A DNA stretch of 26,181 nt, taken from the IMG/VR virus record IMGVR_UViG_3300009686_000016, positions 1 through 26,181 of that record; one strand, given 5' to 3'. The notes beneath the pieces are model-generated. The model made no database searches. It was given only the letters and a program-made list of their open reading frames with translations, and was not told the DNA's origin. This stretch comes from a virus (lineage: Duplodnaviria > Caudoviricetes). How positions within the stretch are numbered: the first letter of the stretch is position 1; each line of letters opens with the position of its first letter. This document shows positions 9,268 through 16,482 of the stretch, in pieces. Position numbers and translations under genes: made by a program.

Positions 9268-9711
9268 TTAATCCAAAGTCTTTTTTGTCGGCGGTTGAAA
9301 CGACTTTCGAATCTGCCATTTTTGCCTGATGTAATCGAAGTCATTGGGAATGATGTGCGTTAAATATCTTCCATCTCTGGCAATTATAATATCAACCAGC
9401 TTTTCAAACTCACGCCTGATGATATTCGAGGCATTAATAAAGGAATCGTAATCAAGGAATTCGTAGTTGGATGCTTTTATTATAAACTGCAAACCATGTT
9501 GTTCCAGCGACTTGATGAAATTCACATTCTTTTCGCTGTTGATGAACAGGGTTCCCACCCAGATCTTACCGGCATCGATACCTAAGATCACAATAAACTT
9601 TTCCTTTTTTGCGATTGGGTCTAAAATTACAAATACAGCGCCAGGCTGTATTTGTGAGGCGATTAAATTTCTTAAACCTCCGGCAGAAAGGGAGTCCCTG
9701 AGGCTACTCAT
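9268..9711 (-). CDS. Putative toxin with a PemK/MazF-like fold, partner of the Panacea antitoxin; C-terminus possibly frameshifted
   Basis: ATGA-coupled to the Panacea gene; QPGAVF...KEKFIVILG...FINS...YEFLDYDSFINAS pattern resembles PemK-like folds; fold call is inference. Confidence 0.6.
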   Translation of the reverse strand: MSSLRDSLSAGGLRNLIASQIQPGAVFVILDPIAKKEKFIVILGIDAGKIWVGTLFINSEKNVNFIKSLEQHGLQFIIKASNYEFLDYDSFINASNIIRREFEKLVDIIIARDGRYLTHIIPNDFDYIRQKWQIRKSFQPPTKKTLD

Positions 9712-10247
9712 AAACTTAAGAGTTCCTCGGCCTGAAGGTTCGAATTTATAAGTTCAAGAATTTCAGCAGGTGCCGAAACTTCTTTGGCGATCTCTGTAAA
9801 TGGAATTAACTGATTGTCGGGAACGCTCTGCCATGCCGGTCCATGCGATTTGTCAATGAGTTGTCCGTAGGTAAGCTTCGAATTTTCATTGATCGATTCA
9901 ACCAGGCATTCCATATCCGAAATCGATAACTGATCAATGTCGGGTTTTTCAAGCGCGGTTATTTCTCTTCCCCGGACTTCTATTTTACCTTCAAGACCAT
10001 GGTGGTTATAAAAATTGCGTTCGTGTGCAATAACCTTTATCGAATCGTAGATGTTTGAAGGAACCGGACCGGCTTCCATCGCGCAATAGAAGTCGGAAGT
10101 AATTGTTCTGCCATATCTGGCGAGGTGTTTTTGATCGGCAAAGAAAAGGATCTTTGCAATTTTGTGTCTGTCGACGCTGGAAAGCTCGTTTACAACCAGC
10201 AATACTGCAGCAACAGCCTTTTGCTCATTATAGGTGAATTTGTCCAT
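9708..10247 (-). CDS. panA: Panacea-domain (DUF4065/SocA/GepA-like) antitoxin
   Basis: Hallmarks KIAKILFFADQKHLARYGRTIT, AMEAGPVP, LIDKSHGPAW and LIPFTEI. Confidence 0.9.
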   Translation of the reverse strand: MDKFTYNEQKAVAAVLLVVNELSSVDRHKIAKILFFADQKHLARYGRTITSDFYCAMEAGPVPSNIYDSIKVIAHERNFYNHHGLEGKIEVRGREITALEKPDIDQLSISDMECLVESINENSKLTYGQLIDKSHGPAWQSVPDNQLIPFTEIAKEVSAPAEILELINSNLQAEELLSL

Positions 10248-10283
10248 GTTTGTCTTGTTTCTTTTCGGTGTGTATTTTCACTG

Positions 10284-10291
10284 CAAATGTA
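10284..10291 (-). promoter_or_regulatory. Bacteroidota -7 element TACATTTG for the TA operon
   Basis: Exact TAnnTTTG match 36 nt upstream of the antitoxin start, downstream of a terminator. Confidence 0.65.
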
Positions 10292-10357
10292 AGTAAAAGA
10301 AATATCAATTAATAAACGTGCAGATTAACCTTTTTGTTTCGCAAATTAAAAGTACAA

Positions 10358-10388
10358 AGAAACCCGCCTTTTGGGGAGACGGGTTTTC
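10358..10388. terminator. Hairpin terminator between the small-gene cluster and the TA pair
   Basis: aaacccg ... cgggttt stem with A/T-rich flanks. Confidence 0.6.
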
Positions 10389-10414
10389 GTGAAACATACA
10401 AAAATATAGAGGTA

Positions 10415-10633
10415 TTAATCAATTTCGTTTGTGTCAATAAAATATCCCCAATAGGTGAATTCATCACCATCGAACATATCCATGTAGTTTTCCTCTTTAT
10501 TGTCACGGATGAAATGAATATTGTCAAAGTTCATCTTTGCCTGTTCACAGATTCGGCGAACCTTCGCTTGTAGCAATTCTGGCAATTCACTGGCCTTTAA
10601 TTCTTTTACGGTTTGTAAGTCTATTGTATTCAT
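10415..10633 (-). CDS. Hypothetical protein (72 aa, acidic C-terminus)
   Basis: Co-oriented, 10 nt after the upstream stop, followed by a terminator. Confidence 0.65.
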   Translation of the reverse strand: MNTIDLQTVKELKASELPELLQAKVRRICEQAKMNFDNIHFIRDNKEENYMDMFDGDEFTYWGYFIDTNEID

Positions 10634-10643
10634 GGTTATACGT

Positions 10644-10907
10644 TTAAGGTTTCATTAATTCTTTTAAACTTCGGTTAAAAACGTTTATGTATTTAATTGT
10701 ATCGAGGACTTCGGGTATCTGCTTATCAGTGCACCATTCAGTGTATAGAATCAATTGTGATATAGCATTGTTTATTTCATCGCGAGTCTCTTTAATGAGA
10801 TCGTTATCACCGTTCTGCATTGAATCTAAAAAGGCAATTGCCTCATCTGTGAGAACCACACCGTTGATAATAGTGGCTGTTTTTGATTCGCTTTGTGATT
10901 TTCTCAT
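10644..10907 (-). CDS. Hypothetical helical protein, paralog B
   Basis: Similar to 10904..11161 (GVVLTDEAIAFL vs GIILTKEAIRYL; both end in KP); ATGA overlap. Confidence 0.85.
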   Translation of the reverse strand: MRKSQSESKTATIINGVVLTDEAIAFLDSMQNGDNDLIKETRDEINNAISQLILYTEWCTDKQIPEVLDTIKYINVFNRSLKELMKP

Positions 10908-11161
10908 GGCTTTCTTAAATTATTCAGTTCATCACGAACATGGCTTAGGCCGTTCATCAACGATGACATTTCTTCATTTTCTGCATCATCAATGTAATCC
11001 ATCTTTTTTGCAAGGAAGCAAACCACATCGGCAATAATCTCGCGCGCAATTATGATATCTTCATTGTTTCTGTCCTGTAATGCCTTAAGATACCTGATTG
11101 CTTCTTTGGTCAGGATAATACCTTCAACTTCGAGGTTGCATTTTAATTCTGAATTTTTCAT
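10904..11161 (-). CDS. Hypothetical helical protein, paralog A
   Basis: Aligns with 10644..10907 along its full length. Confidence 0.85.
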   Translation of the reverse strand: MKNSELKCNLEVEGIILTKEAIRYLKALQDRNNEDIIIAREIIADVVCFLAKKMDYIDDAENEEMSSLMNGLSHVRDELNNLRKP

Positions 11162-11206
11162 ATTTTTGTGGTGTTAAAATTTTTATTCACTGAAAATTTA
11201 AACTTG

Positions 11207-11243
11207 CCCCCGGTTAGTGTTAGCGCACTGCCGGGGGTTTTTT
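11207..11243 (+). terminator. Intrinsic terminator oriented antisense to the surrounding genes
   Basis: CCCCCGG...CCGGGGG stem, extended by an agtg/cact pair, followed by TTTTTT on the + strand. Confidence 0.75.
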
Positions 11244-11245
11244 AT

Positions 11246-11443
11246 TTATCGATATGTATTATCAAAGTGGATACATCCAAAGTTTTCACCTACTTCTGCA
11301 TAATAAGGTTGCAGATCGTCCTCGGAACAATCAGTTATGGTACTATTATTGGAAATTAATCTCTTTAGTCCCATTATCATACATGTGCCTTTGTGTTCGC
11401 CTTCCTGATTGTTATAGTGAACACATTCTTTGCAAGTATTCAT
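11246..11443 (-). CDS. Small Cys-rich, putative metal-binding protein (65 aa)
   Basis: CKEC...GTC...C...FGCIHF; ATGA overlap with the KilA-N gene. Confidence 0.75.
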   Translation of the reverse strand: MNTCKECVHYNNQEGEHKGTCMIMGLKRLISNNSTITDCSEDDLQPYYAEVGENFGCIHFDNTYR

Positions 11444-12003
11444 TGCTTTTCTTCCTTTCCTTTTTGTGAAAATAAATCTTCCATTGTCTCCCTAAATTTG
11501 TTCTTTGTGGCGTTACTGCGACGGCTACGGGCATTAATTAATTTTTGTTCAATTGAGAGATATTCCAAGAAATCAGGTTCGCGTTTTGCAAGCTGGTTCT
11601 TTATATCATCTTTTTGTCGCTGCAGCGATACAGTTTCACTGATTGAGTCTTGAATTTCGCGGGCAAATTCATATAATAAACTTTTTATGGTGATATAAAC
11701 CCAAACTTCGAAATCTGAATTTAACCAGGCAGCAAATTTTAATGCTAAAACTTGATGCATCCATGTCCCGGATTTTTGGCTGGAAGAAATCAAATCTTCT
11801 TCCGATTTTACACCTAATAAACCTCCATATGGAGGTTTTAAACATGACTGAATAAAAGCTCTCGCGTGATCGCTTTTTGTAAATGACCATAAATCTTTTT
11901 CGAAAACCTTTGCCATTTCGGTAGCATTTACCATCATGTTTTCCCCTTGACGGAGATCAAACTCGATCTCAACATCACCAAACTTAAATTTCTGAATATT
12001 CAT
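11440..12003 (-). CDS. KilA-N domain DNA-binding protein (antirepressor-like) with C-terminal coiled coil
   Basis: MMVNATEMAKVF and GTWMHQVLALKFAAWLNSDFEVWV are canonical KilA-N motifs. Confidence 0.92.
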   Translation of the reverse strand: MNIQKFKFGDVEIEFDLRQGENMMVNATEMAKVFEKDLWSFTKSDHARAFIQSCLKPPYGGLLGVKSEEDLISSSQKSGTWMHQVLALKFAAWLNSDFEVWVYITIKSLLYEFAREIQDSISETVSLQRQKDDIKNQLAKREPDFLEYLSIEQKLINARSRRSNATKNKFRETMEDLFSQKGKEEKQ

Positions 12004-12030
12004 ACTTTGAAGTATTAATTAATAATGGCA

Positions 12031-12038
12031 CAAATATA
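12031..12038 (-). promoter_or_regulatory. -7 element TATATTTG for the KilA-N operon
   Basis: Exact TAnnTTTG match 27 nt upstream of ATG 12003. Confidence 0.7.
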
Positions 12039-12132
12039 AAAGTATTCTGTGATATATACACTACATATCTGATAAATATTTTATAAATATTTGAGAAATA
12101 TACTAAATAGTGTTTTTAAGGCTGTTTTTTGC

Positions 12133-12140
12133 TATATTTG
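12133..12140 (+). promoter_or_regulatory. -7 element TATATTTG for the RHH gene
   Basis: Exact TAnnTTTG match 24 nt upstream of ATG 12165. Confidence 0.7.
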
Positions 12141-12164
12141 CATCAAATAGTAATACCTAAGAAT

Positions 12165-12329
12165 ATGGTAAAAGAAGCTACAAGCTTAAAATTGGACAAA
12201 GAAGTTTTTGAAAAGGCCAAAATTCAAGCAAAAAAAGAAAATCGGACAATGGCAAATTTCATTGAAACATTACTTATTAAGTATTTGGAAGACATTGAAA
12301 AACAAGAAACAGAAAAACCCGGCGAATGA
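12165..12329 (+). CDS. Ribbon-helix-helix (Arc/CopG-like) regulator, 54 aa; start revised to ATG 12165
   Basis: TSLKLDKEVFEKAKIQAKKENRTMANFIETLLIKYL fits the strand-helix-turn-helix RHH pattern; has its own promoter and terminator; the only credible + strand gene. Confidence 0.85.
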   Translation: MVKEATSLKLDKEVFEKAKIQAKKENRTMANFIETLLIKYLEDIEKQETEKPGE

Positions 12330-12340
12330 CCGGGTTTTTT
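12314..12340. terminator. Bidirectional terminator between the convergent RHH and lipoprotein genes
   Basis: aaaaacccgg cgaatga ccgggtttttt. Confidence 0.85.
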
Positions 12341-12365
12341 GTTGTGAATACCTGTGTTTGCAGGT

Positions 12366-12872
12366 TTATAATAATTTAAACCTGGCATCCTGCAGTAGGA
12401 TGTTTTTGTATTTCATATTTAATGGATGGCCTTGCGGTAATTTTTGGGCACCAGTTCCTATCTCAGCCTCAGACAATGTATTCTTTTGGTATTGTCCATT
12501 TACCACTAAGTAAGAACTCATTTCAAAGTTAACCTGTTCGCTTTCCTTTTTATAGATAAATAGGATTTTCCCTTTTTGACTTGATACATTAACCCCCGCT
12601 AACATTGCCATACTTGCATTATATTTTTCATCATCAGGAAGTTCCTTATATTGAGTTGCTAATATTCCTGCGTCTTTATCAAAGTCAGCAATAGAAAAAC
12701 CATTCTGAACAACGAATCGTTTAATTGCACTCTCGAATTCTCCCTGGGTTCCTGAGAACGTGAGCTTGTAAGGATCTGTTGACTTCAGCGAAGCATCATA
12801 TACACCCTTTGTAACTGTGCATGATTGTAATAAAATAACAAGTAAAGCAGTACTAAGCAATAGTTTTTTCAT
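12366..12872 (-). CDS. Lipoprotein moron (168 aa); start revised to MKKLLL at 12872
   Basis: Signal peptide MKKLLLSTALLVILLQS-C with lipobox Cys; own TAAGTTTG promoter and terminator. Confidence 0.85.
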   Translation of the reverse strand: MKKLLLSTALLVILLQSCTVTKGVYDASLKSTDPYKLTFSGTQGEFESAIKRFVVQNGFSIADFDKDAGILATQYKELPDDEKYNASMAMLAGVNVSSQKGKILFIYKKESEQVNFEMSSYLVVNGQYQKNTLSEAEIGTGAQKLPQGHPLNMKYKNILLQDARFKLL

Positions 12873-12899
12873 AATAAATTTGATTTTAAGTTTATCCCA

Positions 12900-12907
12900 C
12901 AAACTTA
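12900..12907 (-). promoter_or_regulatory. -7 element TAAGTTTG for the lipoprotein gene
   Basis: Exact TAnnTTTG match 27 nt upstream of ATG 12872. Confidence 0.65.
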
Positions 12908-13217
12908 ACAAAATATTTTGTTTGCTTTGCCTGTTTAAAAGCAGTTAAGGTAGCTGTATTTCAAATTGTTTAGCTGTAAAAATTTCGGTAATCGGTTCCG
13001 ATTTAGTTACCGTGCGGAGCTCGCAAATTCAAAACCCTCATATTTAGCGCTTTATTTTTGCCAAAGGCGTTTTTTGTGCACTGTATCGCACGAATGACCC
13101 CGCATCGCCCTGCGGGTGGAAAGTAATTACCACCTTCCAAAAGGGCTCTTATATGCCACAGTTTATTATAATTATCGATAAAAAGGTAATGAGGTAATCG
13201 GGACGACAGGGAGGTAA

Positions 13218-14840
13218 TTACGAGAAGATACTAACGATCGAGTCATCGTTCTCATCATTAATAGCAAACTTATTCATGCCAACGAACAGCGTGTCCCAGG
13301 CATCAGTACCATCCGTACGATGTTGCAATAGATCTTCTTCACTCTCTGTCAACTTCTCACCTGACTTATCTTTCTGAAATCCATTGGTGCCAATGCGTAC
13401 ACCCGTGTTCTCCATTGCCAGTAGCAATGCTTCATTGTTCGGGTGGTTGAACATTGGGAAAAGGAAGTGCTGTCCCTTCATTGCCTGGAAGATCATACGA
13501 TGCTTATCCTTATGGGGTACAGGGTTACCAATGTGTACCCGCTCGATTGACCATCCCAATCGTTCGAACTCACTACAGATCACAGATGCAAAGTCATCTT
13601 CATCAACAGCATAGTTACTACCCAATGCTGTATTGTCATAGTAATAGATAACAGTCTTATTGTTCTGATAGCGATAGTACTTACAGAAGTCCTGTGCCAA
13701 CTCACGTATCTTACGCTCATACTTCACATAGAAACTCTTCAGTGTCATCATCTTCACGCCCTGGCGTTGCCCTGCTACCAACCAATTGATATTTGCATTG
13801 TAGTCGAATGCAATACAGATAGGCTTATCACGGTTAAGATCACCATCCTGTTTACAGTTGTCATCAGTGTCTTTATAGTTATAGTCGAGACTATCGAGAA
13901 AGCTATTGTCAAAAGCATCATAGTAATGGACATTCTCCTGCATGGCTGCATAGAAGTTATCGCGCTGATTGCCTATCTTCTTGCACAGTATAGCGGTCTG
14001 AAATACCAGTGGTGGAAGATCACGCTTCATCTGTTTGATGTAACGTTCGCCCAGGAGTAACAGGTTTTCAATACTGGACCATTCACGATAATAGACAGCA
14101 ACAGATCGGAGCTTTGCCATGGCAATATCCAATTCGCGTAAATAAGTCGTGTGGTAAGGTTTAGGATCGATCTTAATTCGTTGAAGTACATCCCATCGTT
14201 CGAAGATAAGGGAGTGTATTGTATCGATCAATTCGGGGTCCATCTTGTCTTTATAGGTCAGGAACCAACTGCCTGCCTTCGTAGTTGGCATATCCGAAAT
14301 AATCAGCATACCATGATGAAACGGGCAATTTCCAAAGTGCCCGCGAAATCCACCATTGGCCGGGAATGTTTCTTCCTTAAGCTTTGTGAACTTCAGGAAC
14401 TTTGCTTCATCAAGCGCTAAATAGTCAAGGGTTAATGAATTCGATGATCCTGGCCGATCCTGAGAGATAAAACGGTCAATAGATCCGTTATACCAGATCA
14501 TTGCATTTTCGTAGCTTGGAGGATCGATGATTGGCTTTGCAAAATTGCTGTTTTTTGGTGGTTTGTGGCCAATGTAGTAATGAAGATCGCGTTTATACCC
14601 AAACGTCTCCAGTGCCTGAAGCGTTCCGGGTAATGTCCGGGATAATATTTGCTGATAAGTGCTCCCAACGATTCCACCCGTGCTCCTGGGCATCGCCTGA
14701 ACATTGCGAAGAAGAAACGGAGCTGCAAAACCGTGCGATTTGCCTAAACGACGTCCGCCAGCTATCACTGAAGTGTGGGCACCGGTGTACATGAACTCCA
14801 GCTGGGGATCGTTAAAGTAGATCTTCTTTTTCTCTGTCAT
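13218..14840 (-). CDS. terL: Terminase large subunit
   Basis: Walker A GGRRLGKS, Walker B LALDEAKF, RNase H-like nuclease motifs IAFDYNAN and TDGTDAWD. Confidence 0.92.
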   Translation of the reverse strand: MTEKKKIYFNDPQLEFMYTGAHTSVIAGGRRLGKSHGFAAPFLLRNVQAMPRSTGGIVGSTYQQILSRTLPGTLQALETFGYKRDLHYYIGHKPPKNSNFAKPIIDPPSYENAMIWYNGSIDRFISQDRPGSSNSLTLDYLALDEAKFLKFTKLKEETFPANGGFRGHFGNCPFHHGMLIISDMPTTKAGSWFLTYKDKMDPELIDTIHSLIFERWDVLQRIKIDPKPYHTTYLRELDIAMAKLRSVAVYYREWSSIENLLLLGERYIKQMKRDLPPLVFQTAILCKKIGNQRDNFYAAMQENVHYYDAFDNSFLDSLDYNYKDTDDNCKQDGDLNRDKPICIAFDYNANINWLVAGQRQGVKMMTLKSFYVKYERKIRELAQDFCKYYRYQNNKTVIYYYDNTALGSNYAVDEDDFASVICSEFERLGWSIERVHIGNPVPHKDKHRMIFQAMKGQHFLFPMFNHPNNEALLLAMENTGVRIGTNGFQKDKSGEKLTESEEDLLQHRTDGTDAWDTLFVGMNKFAINDENDDSIVSIFS

Positions 14841-15405
14841 TGTCCTGGTTAGTTATTTCTTCGTATGGCACATCAATAATTTCAATATCAGCGTTGTATT
14901 TTTCGAGCATCTTCCGTTTTTTCTCCCTGATATCAGGATCTTTCTTTAATCCCAACTCTGTCGGGTCATCTGTTGGTTCAAATGGTTGTGGAACGATCTG
15001 ATCAAATGGTAAGGGGTCAGCATCCTTCAGGTGCAGCATGTTTAATTTTCCTTTCAGTCCGGCTGCCATGGCCATCCCTTTCGCGTCTTTTTTCTTTTTG
15101 GCAACTTTATAGGCAGCATCCAGCATGTTATTCACCTGGTAACGGACCCATTCTTTGCCAGGGTTCTGAATGTCTCCCAGTAAGATCTTAATAATCTGAA
15201 TATCTTCATAAGCCGTTCGCTGGGCGCAAAGAAAACAGTTCATCAGATGGTCGCGTATTTGGGATTCTGTTTTGGTTGGGAATTCGTACCAGAATGAATA
15301 GCCGGTCCTGATCCGGGTTATTTTCTCCTGGTATGCAACAGGGATGTCGCAAGTATCAGAGAAAAGATGGATCCGGCATAATTCGAGGGTGGTAGGACGG
15401 GGCAT
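14812..15405 (-). CDS. terS: Putative terminase small subunit
   Basis: 197-aa helical protein overlapping the terL start; HTH-like segment (ESQIRDHLMNCFLCAQRTAYEDIQIIK) followed by oligomerisation-like helices. Confidence 0.65.
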   Translation of the reverse strand: MPRPTTLELCRIHLFSDTCDIPVAYQEKITRIRTGYSFWYEFPTKTESQIRDHLMNCFLCAQRTAYEDIQIIKILLGDIQNPGKEWVRYQVNNMLDAAYKVAKKKKDAKGMAMAAGLKGKLNMLHLKDADPLPFDQIVPQPFEPTDDPTELGLKKDPDIREKKRKMLEKYNADIEIIDVPYEEITNQDNDREKEDLL

Positions 15406-15419
15406 GGTAGAAAATTATG

Positions 15420-15458
15420 AATTACGGATTACGAATGGTGTGTTCGTAATCCGTAATT
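15420..15458. repeat. Perfect 16-bp inverted repeat made of heptamer units
   Basis: aattacggattacgaa - tggtgtg - ttcgtaatccgtaatt. Confidence 0.92.
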
Positions 15459-15462
15459 TGGT

Positions 15463-16386
15463 TTAACATTGAATCCCTGCTTTTGTCAGTTCATCAATTG
15501 TTTCGGGTTGAACGGCCTCACCGGCATTTTTCAGCTCATCATACCGCTCCTGGATCTTTGCTTTGATTGCAACCGCTTTAGCCTCATCGGTTATTGTAAG
15601 CAATGTTTTCAAGTTGGTGGAGATGAATTTGCGATTTGCATTGATCCGTTTATGGTCTATTTCCACTGCCTTTTCAATGATTGGTGCATCACCTTGTTTC
15701 CAACCGTCAATTGCTTCCCAATTAATACGGATCTTATCATCGAGTTTGGCGATGTTTTGGACCAATGGTGCCCGGTCTTCATCTTTGGCATTCTCCATCA
15801 GTTTCAGCTTTTCATGCGTGGCCCTGATCTCTTTGTAGGCATCACGGTTCGCATCCCAGGCAACCCTTAGTTCTTTAGGAAGATCAGTGTAATTCACCTC
15901 ATGACCATTACGAATTACTTTCAGTTTTCCTGTCAACAACTCTTCGGCTGCTACTTCCAGTTCTTTCAGCTTATCAGATACAATCTCATCGGCATCCGAC
16001 TCCATGTCCGAAAGTTTATCCGATACGATATCATCAGCATCTGATTGCAGGTCTGAAATCTTATCCGATACAATATCATCGGCATCCGACTCCAGTTTGG
16101 CATTCATCTGATCGATTACCTGATCACTGTGCGATTGCAAATCATCCTGCAGCGGTTGTGGGAGGTTAGGACTGAACTCTTTTATTTCATTCGTTTTGTC
16201 AGTCTCTTCGATGCCATCAATAACGATTCCCTGCTCTTTGCAGATCTTAAGGAGTTCATACTCCAGCTTCTCCGGATTAGGTTTACGTCCTAAGTTTTGG
16301 AGGAGCATTCTGTTTTTGCAATGTGTACCGAGTAAACTGAGACCGATACCGTAATCTTTTGATTCAAACCATTCTTGAAGTTCCAT
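15463..16386 (-). CDS. Hypothetical coiled-coil phage protein with internal acidic 15-aa repeats
   Basis: 307-aa ORF heading the terminase operon. Confidence 0.85.
   Translation of the reverse strand: MELQEWFESKDYGIGLSLLGTHCKNRMLLQNLGRKPNPEKLEYELLKICKEQGIVIDGIEETDKTNEIKEFSPNLPQPLQDDLQSHSDQVIDQMNAKLESDADDIVSDKISDLQSDADDIVSDKLSDMESDADEIVSDKLKELEVAAEELLTGKLKVIRNGHEVNYTDLPKELRVAWDANRDAYKEIRATHEKLKLMENAKDEDRAPLVQNIAKLDDKIRINWEAIDGWKQGDAPIIEKAVEIDHKRINANRKFISTNLKTLLTITDEAKAVAIKAKIQERYDELKNAGEAVQPETIDELTKAGIQC
15971..16105 (-). repeat. 45-nt (15-aa) tandem repeat x3
   Basis: Units start at 15971, 16016 and 16061 (ttatcMgatacRat...); protein LESDADDIVSDKISD/LQSDADDIVSDKLSD/MESDADEIVSDKLKE. Confidence 0.9.
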
Positions 16387-16398
16387 AGTATTTTTTTA

Positions 16399-16434
16399 TT
16401 AAAGGTGATATTTTAGTAATTACCATCGAAGGAC
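16399..16434 (-). promoter_or_regulatory. Putative late promoter, copy 2 (GTCCTTC-N20-CACCTTTAA)
   Basis: Directly abuts the terminator T tract and precedes the terminase operon; same spacing; most degenerate copy. Confidence 0.5.
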
Positions 16435-16462
16435 AAAAAAGGCAACCCTGAGGCTGCCTTTT
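16435..16462 (-). terminator. Intrinsic terminator after the capsid/tail-tube operon
   Basis: Minus strand AAAAGGCAGCC-TCAG-GGTTGCC-TTTTTT. Confidence 0.88.
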
Positions 16463-16482
16463 AAAGTGAACTGAAAAACCAT

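Noticed and set aside
9108-9344. 78-aa minus-strand ORF spanning the toxin end, terminator and octamer repeat
   Set aside because: It crosses a terminator and a low-complexity repeat (FLSPFLPFSPSHH), and it is not the frame of the proposed restored toxin tail
13122-16425. Identical 11-mer AGTAATTACCA at 13122-13132 and 16415-16425 as a shared terminase-operon operator
   Set aside because: Chance 11-mer matches are expected in 26 kb of AT-rich DNA, and two copies are insufficient evidence
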